From positions 13,209 through 77,208 of the forward strand of contig DATMJW010000124.1 of NCBI GenBank assembly GCA_035553355.1: a stretch of DNA of 64,000 nucleotides, written 5' to 3'. Under the pieces are notes generated by a model that saw nothing but the letters and a program-made list of their open reading frames with translations, did no database searches and was not told the origin of the DNA. This DNA is from Gaiellaceae bacterium (GTDB taxonomy: Bacteria; Actinomycetota; Thermoleophilia; Gaiellales; Gaiellaceae). The translations under genes and the position numbers were made by a program. Shown here piece by piece: positions 9,696 to 16,815 of the stretch (position 1 is its first letter; each line of letters opens with the position of its first letter).

Positions 9696-10247
9696 TCAGG
9701 CGCCGTCGGCCCGCCGGCGCAGCTCTGCCTCGACCGTGTCGGGGTCGAGCCCGCGCGCCGCCAAGAGGGCGTAGAGGTGGAAGATCAGGTCGGCCGCTTC
9801 CTCCACGAGCCGCTCGTCCGATTCCGCCGTGCCGGCGAGCGCGACCTCCACCCCCTCCTCGCCGACCTTCCGCGCGGCGCGCCGCGGGTCGTCGAGCAGC
9901 GAGACGACGTAGGAGCCGCCGGGGCGCTCGATCTCCCGCTCCTTGATCCGCCGCCAGAGCCAGGGCGCGAAGCACGACTCCGAGCCCGTGTGGCAGGCGG
10001 GCCCGGCCGGCCGCACCCGCAGGAGCAGCGCGTCGCCGTCGCAGTCCTCGCTGAGGTCCTCGACGGCGAGGGTGTTCCCCGACGTCTCCCCCTTCCGCCA
10101 CAGGCGCCCGCGCGACCGGCTCCAGAACCACGCCTCGCCCGTCTCGCGCGTCAGCCGCAGCGCCTCCGCGTCCATCCAGGCGAGCATCAGGACACGCCCG
10201 CTCTCGACGTCCTGCACGATCGCCGGCGTCAGCTCCGGACGTTCCAT
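9696..10247 (-). CDS. hisIE: Bifunctional phosphoribosyl-AMP cyclohydrolase / phosphoribosyl-ATP pyrophosphatase
   Basis: Internal ATG of track ORF 9696..10946 (in frame). [13 protein letters not shown]...[11 protein letters not shown]...[17 protein letters not shown] (HisI), followed by a HisE-like helical C-terminus. 183 aa. Confidence 0.9.
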   Translation of the reverse strand: MERPELTPAIVQDVESGRVLMLAWMDAEALRLTRETGEAWFWSRSRGRLWRKGETSGNTLAVEDLSEDCDGDALLLRVRPAGPACHTGSESCFAPWLWRRIKEREIERPGGSYVVSLLDDPRRAARKVGEEGVEVALAGTAESDERLVEEAADLIFHLYALLAARGLDPDTVEAELRRRADGA

Positions 10248-10969
10248 CCCGCCTCCTGCAGCTCGCGCTTCAACTCCGGCAGCCGTTCGGGCCGCTCGTG
10301 GACGATCGACGCCACGAGCGCGGCCTCGGCGCCGGCCGCGAACGCATCGGCGAGGTGTCGTCCGTCGCCCGCGCCGCCGGAGGCGACGATGGGGACCCCG
10401 ACCGTGCCCGCGACGGATGCGGTCAGCTCGAGGTCGTAGCCGGAGCGGGTGCCGTCGGCGTCGATCGACGTCAGGAGGATCTCGCCCGCTCCGCGCGCCG
10501 CCGCCTCGCGTGCCCATTCGACCGCGTCCAGCCCGCGCGGCCGCCGGCCGCCGTGCGTCACCACCTCGCCGCGCTGCGCGTCGATCGCGCAGACGACCGC
10601 CTGCGAGCCGTACTCCTCTGCCAGCGCCGTCAGCAAAGCGGGATCGTCGACGGCGGCGCGGTTGACCGCCACCTTGTCGGCGCCTGCACGCAGCAGCGCC
10701 TGCGCGTCCTCGCGCGAGCCGACGCCGCCTCCGACGGTGAAGGGGATCTCGAGCCGCTCCGCCGCACGCTCCACGAGCGCGACGGTCGGGCCGCGCGACT
10801 CGACGCTCGCCGTGATGTCGAGGAAGACGAGCTCGTCGGCGCCGAGCTCGGAGTACCGCTCCGCCAGCTCGACCGGGTCGCCGACGTCGCGCAGACTCTC
10901 GAAGCGCACGCCCTTGACGACGCGGCCGCCGGCGACGTCGAGACACGGGATCACGCGCTTCTTCACCAT
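10229..10969 (-). CDS. hisF: Imidazole glycerol phosphate synthase cyclase subunit
   Basis: [23 protein letters not shown]...; 246 aa. Overlaps the hisIE start by 19 nt. Confidence 0.95.
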   Translation of the reverse strand: MVKKRVIPCLDVAGGRVVKGVRFESLRDVGDPVELAERYSELGADELVFLDITASVESRGPTVALVERAAERLEIPFTVGGGVGSREDAQALLRAGADKVAVNRAAVDDPALLTALAEEYGSQAVVCAIDAQRGEVVTHGGRRPRGLDAVEWAREAAARGAGEILLTSIDADGTRSGYDLELTASVAGTVGVPIVASGGAGDGRHLADAFAAGAEAALVASIVHERPERLPELKRELQEAGWNVRS

Positions 10970-11556
10970 CCGGCCGCCCACGCGAGCGTGTTCCGCAGGA
11001 ACTGGGCCCCAGCGCTGCCGCTCCGCTCCGGGTGGAACTGAACTCCCGCGACCGCGCCCCTCTCCACCGCCGCGACGACCGGCGCGTCGTGCACGACTTC
11101 CGCCGTCGTCACGTCTTCGGCAGGAACGGCGGAGTAGCTGTGCGCGAAGTAGACATCCGCGCCGTCGAGCCCGGCGAGCAGCGGCGTCGGTCGCACGACC
11201 CTCAGCTCGTTCCAGCCCATGTGCGGGACGCGGCGCGCCCGGAGGCGCCGCACAGACCCGCGGAGGACGCCGAGACCGCGGCCGCCCTCCTCGCTCTCCT
11301 CGAAGAGGAGCTGGAGACCGACGCAGATGCCGACGACCGGCCGTGCGCGTCCGATTCGCTCGCGCAGCGCGTCGGCGACGGGTGCGAGGCCCGACGCCGC
11401 GGAGGCCACGTGGCCGACGCCGGCGATCACCGCGAGCGGCGCCTCGCGTACCTCGGCGGCGTCGGTCGAGATCCGCACGTCGGCGCCGGCGCGGGTGAGC
11501 GCGGCGAGGACGCTGCGGACGTTCCCGGCGCCGTAGTCCGCGAGCACCACGTTCAC
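10963..11556 (-). CDS. hisH: Imidazole glycerol phosphate synthase glutamine amidotransferase subunit
   Basis: GTG at 11556 (GTGA overlap with the upstream stop). [12 protein letters not shown] and QFHPERS triad motifs. 197 aa. Confidence 0.9.
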   Translation of the reverse strand: MNVVLADYGAGNVRSVLAALTRAGADVRISTDAAEVREAPLAVIAGVGHVASAASGLAPVADALRERIGRARPVVGICVGLQLLFEESEEGGRGLGVLRGSVRRLRARRVPHMGWNELRVVRPTPLLAGLDGADVYFAHSYSAVPAEDVTTAEVVHDAPVVAAVERGAVAGVQFHPERSGSAGAQFLRNTLAWAAGW

Positions 11557-13121
11557 GCGAGGCCCTTCGTCGAGCGGACGCCGCCGGACACCGGCGCACA
11601 GGCTGCGCCGAGCGCCCGACCGAGCGCCTTGAACGCCGCCTCCGCCACGTGGTGGTCGTCGCGGCCCGAGGACGAGACGTGGAGGGTGAATCCGCCCTGC
11701 AGCGCGAGCCGCTCGAGCGCGTGCGCGAGCAGCGACGTCGCCAGGCCGCCGACGCGCTCCCCGCCGAACGCAAGCTCGACCTCGGCGTGCGGCCGGCGCA
11801 CCAGGTCGACGGCTGCGACCGCGCGCGCCTCGTCCATCGGCACCGTCGCGTCGCCGTAGCGCGCGACGCCGTCGCGGGAGCCGAGAGCCTGCGCGAGCGC
11901 GTCGCCGAGCGAGGCGAGGCAGTCCTCGGCCGTGTGGTGCTCGTCCACCGCGAGGTCGCCGCCCGCGACCAACTCGATGTCGAAGCCGGCGTGAAAGGCG
12001 CACAGGGTCAGCAGGTGGTCGAGGAAGCCGATCCCGGTCTCGATCCGCGCGCGGCCCGTGCCGTCGAGGTCGAGCGAGAGCCGCAGCGCCGTCTCGGTGC
12101 TGACCCGCGAGACGAACGCGGAACGACCGGCGCGCTCCGAGATCTCGGCGCCGAGTGCTCGGAGGAGGACGTCGTTCTCGCGCGGCCGCCGGAGCGTCAC
12201 GCGTATCCCCTCACGGAAGATCCGCACGACGAGCCCCTGCGCCTCGAGCCGCTCGCCGAGCGGCTCCGCCGTCGGGATCCAGACGAAGTTCGTGGCCGTC
12301 GGCGGAGCGGCGTACCCCGTTGCCGCAAGGATCCTGCGCACGCGCTCGCGCTCCTCGACGACCTCGGAGACGTCGACGCGCGGGTCGCGCAACGCTGCCG
12401 CCGCGATCGCGGCCGCAGGGCCGCTCACGTTCGCGGGGGGTCGGCGAAGCTCGAGCCCTCTCGCGACCGCGGGTGCGGCCACGGCGTAGCCGACGCGGAG
12501 CGACGCGAACCCAAAGGCCTTCGAGAGCGTGCGCAGCACGATCACGTTCGGGTGATCGGGGATCAGCCCGAGGCACGTGACGCCCGCGAACTCGAAGTAC
12601 GCCTCGTCGACGACGACCGCGGCATCGGGGTGCGCGGCGGCGAGCGCAGCGACCTCCTCCGGCTGCCGCACCTCCCCGGTCGGGTTGTTGGGGTTGCACA
12701 CCCAGATCAGCGCCGCACCCGCGGGATCCGTCACGACCTCGCCGCCCTCGAGGAGCGTCGCGAGGCGGTAGACGGCGTACGTGGGCGGCGCGAGCGCCGC
12801 ATGCAACCCGGGAGCGAGGTACGTCCGCGCGCAGAGCGCGATCAGGTCGTCGGCGCCGGCGCCGACGACGACCTGCTCCGAGGTGACGTCGCAGTAGGCG
12901 GCGGCGGCCTCGCGGAGCTCGCGGTACGTCCCGTCGGGGTACTCGTTCAGCCGCGCGAAGCTGTCGCCCAGCGGCAGCTGGGGGACGCCGGGGGCCGGCG
13001 GTGTGTTCTGGTCGAAACGCAGCACCTGCTCGGGGCGGAGGCCGTGCCGCGCGGCGACCTCCGCAGAGGACGGCGCCCACGCATAGGGCCGGAACTCCGA
13101 CGGCAGCGGCCGCGCGATCAC
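11553..13121 (-). CDS. hisC-hisB: Fusion protein: histidinol-phosphate aminotransferase (N-terminal, about 332 aa) plus imidazoleglycerol-phosphate dehydratase (C-terminal, about 190 aa)
   Basis: Single uninterrupted 522-aa frame. The HisC part ends ...GIRVTLRRPRENDVLLRALGAE. Linker ISERAGRS. The IGPD part is AFVSRVSTETALRLSLDLDGTG...DEHHTAED...GRDDHHVAEAAFKALG. No stop and no ATG/GTG/TTG at the junction (about 12126-12150). Confidence 0.85.
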   Translation of the reverse strand: MIARPLPSEFRPYAWAPSSAEVAARHGLRPEQVLRFDQNTPPAPGVPQLPLGDSFARLNEYPDGTYRELREAAAAYCDVTSEQVVVGAGADDLIALCARTYLAPGLHAALAPPTYAVYRLATLLEGGEVVTDPAGAALIWVCNPNNPTGEVRQPEEVAALAAAHPDAAVVVDEAYFEFAGVTCLGLIPDHPNVIVLRTLSKAFGFASLRVGYAVAAPAVARGLELRRPPANVSGPAAAIAAAALRDPRVDVSEVVEERERVRRILAATGYAAPPTATNFVWIPTAEPLGERLEAQGLVVRIFREGIRVTLRRPRENDVLLRALGAEISERAGRSAFVSRVSTETALRLSLDLDGTGRARIETGIGFLDHLLTLCAFHAGFDIELVAGGDLAVDEHHTAEDCLASLGDALAQALGSRDGVARYGDATVPMDEARAVAAVDLVRRPHAEVELAFGGERVGGLATSLLAHALERLALQGGFTLHVSSSGRDDHHVAEAAFKALGRALGAACAPVSGGVRSTKGLA

Positions 13122-14254
13122 GCGAGCTCCAGCGCCGCCGCGTGGTGCACGAACCCCTCGGCTCGAGCGAGCGGCAGCGCGACCGCCCGCGCAGCCACGA
13201 GATCGTCGGCGGCGACGACCTGCACCGGCTTGAGGAACGTCTCGAGGCCGATGCCGCCGCTGCCGCGCGCGAGGCCGCCGGTCGGGAGGACGTGCGTCGC
13301 GCCCGCCGCGTAGTCGCCGACCGCTGCCGACGTTCGCACGAACACCGTGCCGGCGTTCCGCATGCGCCGCGCGACGGTTTCGGCGTCCGCGACCCAGAGC
13401 TCGAGATGCTCGGGCGCGTAGGTCTCCGCAGCCGCGAGCGCATCATCCAGAGAAGCCACGTCCCGAACAGACACGTTGCCATACCCGTCAACAAGGCTAG
13501 CCACGGCTGCGGACAGATCGGGGTCGAGGCTGAGCAGGATCGCCTCGCTGTCGGGGCCGTGCTCGGCCTGAGCGAGGAGGTCGGCGGCGCACCGTTCGGC
13601 GGACGCCGTCGCGTCGGCGACGAGCACGACCTCGCTCGGGCCGGCCGGCAGGTCGATCGCGCAGGAGCTCGACACGAGCAGCTTCGCGGCGGTCACCCAG
13701 CGGTTCCCGGGCCCGACGATCTTGTCCACCTTCGGAACGGTCTCGGTGCCGTACGCGAGCGCCGCCACCGCCTGCGCGCCGCCCACGGCGTACACCTCGT
13801 CGAGCCCGAGCGCGGCCGCAGTCGCGAGCGTCGCCTCGGACGGGGACGGCGAGACGACGACGATCCGCTCCACCCCGGCGACCTGTGCCGGCACCGCCGC
13901 CATCACGAGCGACGACGGGTACGCGGCGCGACCGCCCGGGACGTAGACCCCGACCGAGGAAAGCGGCAGCCACCGGCGCTCGGCGCGCACGCCCGGCACC
14001 GCCTCGACGGCCGTGTCCGGCGGGCGCTGCGGCTCGACGAACGCACGTACAGCGGCGGCCATCGCCCGCACGGCGTCGAGCAGCTCCTCGTCGAGCCGCG
14101 CCGCGGCGATGCGCTCGGCCGGGACGCGAAGCTCCGCCACCTCCCCGTCGAGCCGCTCGGTCCACTCGCGCAGCGCCGCGTCGCCGCGCTCGCGCACGTC
14201 CGCGACGATCTCGGCGACGCGCGACAGCACCTCCTCGAGGCCGGCGCCCCTCAC
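13118..14254 (-). CDS. hisD: Histidinol dehydrogenase
   Basis: 378 aa. GGAQAVAALAYGT, GPGNRWVTAAK, AEHGPDS, APEHLEL. GTGA overlap with the hisG stop. Confidence 0.9.
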   Translation of the reverse strand: MRGAGLEEVLSRVAEIVADVRERGDAALREWTERLDGEVAELRVPAERIAAARLDEELLDAVRAMAAAVRAFVEPQRPPDTAVEAVPGVRAERRWLPLSSVGVYVPGGRAAYPSSLVMAAVPAQVAGVERIVVVSPSPSEATLATAAALGLDEVYAVGGAQAVAALAYGTETVPKVDKIVGPGNRWVTAAKLLVSSSCAIDLPAGPSEVVLVADATASAERCAADLLAQAEHGPDSEAILLSLDPDLSAAVASLVDGYGNVSVRDVASLDDALAAAETYAPEHLELWVADAETVARRMRNAGTVFVRTSAAVGDYAAGATHVLPTGGLARGSGGIGLETFLKPVQVVAADDLVAARAVALPLARAEGFVHHAAALELA

Positions 14255-15141
14255 GGGACGAGACGCTCCACGGGGAGGACGAGGATCGACGACGCCCCGG
14301 CCTCCTTGAGCGGCGAGAGCAGGTTCCAGAGGTCGTCCGCGTCGACCGCCGCATGGACGGCGATCTCACCCTCCGCAGCGAGGTTCAGCACGGACGGCGC
14401 GCCCATGCTCGGCAGGAGCGCCCGGATCGCCGGCAGCGCGGCCGCCGGCGCGTTCATCATCAGGTACCGCCGCCGGCGCGCTGCCACCACGCCGCCGAGC
14501 ATCAGCTGCAGCCGCTCGACGAGCTCGCGCTTCTCGGCGACCGCGCGCTCGCTGCCGACCAGCACGGCCTGCGATTCGAGCAGCGTCCCCACGAGCCGCA
14601 GCCCGTTCGCGCTCGCCGTCGAGCCGGTGGAGACGAGGTCGACGATCGCATCCGAGAGGCCGAGGCGAGGCGCCGCCTCCACCGAGCCGGACACCGGCAC
14701 GAGCTCCGCCTCGACGCCCTCGCGCGCGAGGCACGCACGCGTCGACACCGGGTAGGCAGTCGCGACCCGCAGCCCGGCGAGGTCGGCGAGCGCCTGCTGC
14801 GGCGAGTCCTCCGGGACCGCCGCGGCGAGGCGACAGCGCGCGAAGCCGAGCTGCGCCAACTCGAGGACGTCCGCCTCCGTCTCGGCGACGAGGTTCGCGC
14901 CCGTGATCCCCAGGTCGACGACGCCGTCCTGGACGTACTCCGGGATGTCGTGGGCGCGAACGAGCAGGAGATCGACGGCCGCGTTCGTGCACGGCACGAG
15001 CAGCGCCCGCTCCGTCGCCTCGAAGCTGAGACCGGCATCGGCACAGAGCCGCCGCGCCGGCTCGGCCATCCGGCCCTTCGAGGGGACGGCGAGCGTGAGC
15101 CTGCCGTCCGCGCCGGCCCGCGTGAACCCGTTCGAGCCCAC
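14251..15141 (-). CDS. hisG: ATP phosphoribosyltransferase, long form
   Basis: 296 aa. LTLAVPSKGRM..., DIPEYVQDGVVDLGITG, LVSTGST, plus a C-terminal regulatory domain (so no HisZ is needed). Confidence 0.9.
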   Translation of the reverse strand: MGSNGFTRAGADGRLTLAVPSKGRMAEPARRLCADAGLSFEATERALLVPCTNAAVDLLLVRAHDIPEYVQDGVVDLGITGANLVAETEADVLELAQLGFARCRLAAAVPEDSPQQALADLAGLRVATAYPVSTRACLAREGVEAELVPVSGSVEAAPRLGLSDAIVDLVSTGSTASANGLRLVGTLLESQAVLVGSERAVAEKRELVERLQLMLGGVVAARRRRYLMMNAPAAALPAIRALLPSMGAPSVLNLAAEGEIAVHAAVDADDLWNLLSPLKEAGASSILVLPVERLVP

Positions 15142-15142
15142 G

Positions 15143-15487
15143 TCAGCCGCGCTTTCGCTTCGCGTGGACGCGCGCGAGCGCGATCCGGTAGCCGCCTGTG
15201 CCGTGGCGGAGCCACTGAGCGACCCGGGTGACGGTCGCGGTGCTCGTCGGCACCCGCTCGGCGATCTCGAGGTACGCGACGCCCTCGTCGAGCAGCTGCA
15301 CGGTCTGCCAGCGATGGACGAGTGCCTCGAGCTCCGGGAGCGTGCAGAGGTCGCGCAGGAAGCGCTTCACCTCGTCGTCGCCGCGGAGCGAGCCGAATGC
15401 CGACGCGAGGGAGTCGAGCCCGTTCAGGGGCTCGACTTCACGCGTCGGCTCGGGGAGGACACCCGTCATGCGCCGCCATGTTAGCAT
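15143..15487 (-). CDS. TrpR / YerC-YecD family DNA-binding protein, first cistron of the his operon (start uncertain: ATG 15487 or in-frame ATG 15469)
   Basis: 114 aa. ...LPELEALVHRWQTVQLLDEGVAYLEIAERVPTSTATVTRVAQWLRHGTGGY is a TrpR/YerC-type HTH. The stop is 1 nt from the hisG GTG (TGAcGTG). Confidence 0.8.
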   Translation of the reverse strand: MLTWRRMTGVLPEPTREVEPLNGLDSLASAFGSLRGDDEVKRFLRDLCTLPELEALVHRWQTVQLLDEGVAYLEIAERVPTSTATVTRVAQWLRHGTGGYRIALARVHAKRKRG

Positions 15488-15502
15488 GTTAACGTGTTAG
15501 CA
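15479..15502. promoter_or_regulatory. Three tandem octamers TGTTAGCA-TGTTAACG-TGTTAGCA (near-dyad around GTTAAC): candidate operator and divergent promoter core
   Basis: 9/24 G+C within a very GC-rich locus; 18/24 positions self-complementary. Overlaps the regulator ATG (15487) and the hisA GTG (15494). Contains TAGCAT (15482-15487) 6 nt upstream of the hisA GTG. Confidence 0.5.
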
Positions 15503-16216
15503 CGCAAGCACCTCACCATCTACCCGGCGATCGACGTCCTCGAGGGCCGCGTCGTCCGGCTGGAGCAGGGGGAGCGCACGCGCGTCACCGTCGAGGGAGG
15601 CGACCCGGTCGCCGCGGCGCTCGCGTTCGCCCGCGAGGGCGCCGAGTGGCTTCACCTCGTCGATCTCGACGGCGCCTTCTCCGCGCGCGGCTCGCTCGAC
15701 CTGGTGCGTCGCGTCGCGGCCGCAACGCACGTACCGGTCCAGGTCGGAGGCGGGCTGCGGACGCTCGACGCCGTCGCCGCGGCGCTCGACGCGGGCGCCG
15801 CCCGTGCGATGGTCGGTACCGCGGCGACCGACCTCACCTTCCTGCGGACGGCCGCCGCCCGCTTCGGCGACCGGCTCGTCGTCGCGATCGACGCCCGGGA
15901 CGGACGCGTCGCCGTCGAGGGCTGGACGCGCGCGTCGGAGCTGTCGCCGGTCGACCTGGCGCACGCGTGTGCAGACGCAGGCGTCACGCGACTCCTCGTC
16001 ACCGCGACCCGGCGCGACGGCACGCTCTCCGGCCCCGACCTCGGCCTGTTGCGCGAGGTGCTCGCGGCGGGCGTTCCGGTCGTCGCCGCGGGCGGCATCG
16101 CGTCCCTCGACGACCTGCGCGCGCTCCGCGACCTCGGCTGCGAGGGCGCCGTGGCCGGGAGCGCGCTGTGGCGCGGCCGTTTCACCCTCGCCGAGGCGGT
16201 TAGCCTCGACGGATGA
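15494..16216 (+). CDS. hisA: ProFAR isomerase HisA (possibly PriA-type, as in actinobacteria)
   Basis: 240 aa. IYPAIDVLEGRVVRLEQG..., VQVGGGLR, AAGGIASLDDL. GTG start. Confidence 0.9.
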   Translation: MLARKHLTIYPAIDVLEGRVVRLEQGERTRVTVEGGDPVAAALAFAREGAEWLHLVDLDGAFSARGSLDLVRRVAAATHVPVQVGGGLRTLDAVAAALDAGAARAMVGTAATDLTFLRTAAARFGDRLVVAIDARDGRVAVEGWTRASELSPVDLAHACADAGVTRLLVTATRRDGTLSGPDLGLLREVLAAGVPVVAAGGIASLDDLRALRDLGCEGAVAGSALWRGRFTLAEAVSLDG

Positions 16217-16815
16217 GCGTTCGCTTCATCGACGAGATCGACGGCGCGGTCGGTTGGATCGAGGACGCGAAGCTGCAACGGACGGCACACGCGCTCGCGC
16301 ACGAAGGGCGCGTCTGGCTGATCGACCCGATCGAGGGGGACGGCGTCGAGGAGCGCGTCCGCGCGCTCGGGGAGCCGGCGGGCGTTCTGCAGCTGCTCGA
16401 CCGCCACAACCGCGACGGCGCCGCGTGGGCGGCCCGGCTCGGCGTCCCGCTGCACGTCGCTCCGACGGAGGTGGAAGGGACGCCGTTCAGCTTCCTGCCG
16501 ATCGCGCGCCGCCGCTTCTGGAGCGAGGTCGCGCTCTGGTGGCCGGAGCGCCGGATCCTCGTCGCGGCCGACGCGCTCGGGACGATCCCGCACTACTTCC
16601 GGCTCGCGGGCGAGCGGATCGGGGTCCACCCGCTGCTCCGCCTGACGCCGCCGCGCGCTCTCCGCGGCCTCGACCCCGAGCACGTGCTCGTCGGGCACGG
16701 CGAGGGCGTCCACGCCGGCAACACCGCCGCTGCGCTCGCCGATGCGCTCGCACACAGCCGGCGCCGGTTCGTACGCCTGCCGCTCGAGCTGCCGAAGCTG
16801 CGCACGCGGGTCTAG
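16213..16815 (+). CDS. Conserved hypothetical protein with degenerate metallo-beta-lactamase-like motifs; function unknown
   Basis: 200 aa, ATGA overlap with the hisA stop. VWLIDP..., LLDRHNRD where HxHxDH is expected, LVAADAL, VLVGHGEGV. Alignment to the MBL fold was done by eye only. Confidence 0.6.
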   Translation: MSVRFIDEIDGAVGWIEDAKLQRTAHALAHEGRVWLIDPIEGDGVEERVRALGEPAGVLQLLDRHNRDGAAWAARLGVPLHVAPTEVEGTPFSFLPIARRRFWSEVALWWPERRILVAADALGTIPHYFRLAGERIGVHPLLRLTPPRALRGLDPEHVLVGHGEGVHAGNTAAALADALAHSRRRFVRLPLELPKLRTRV

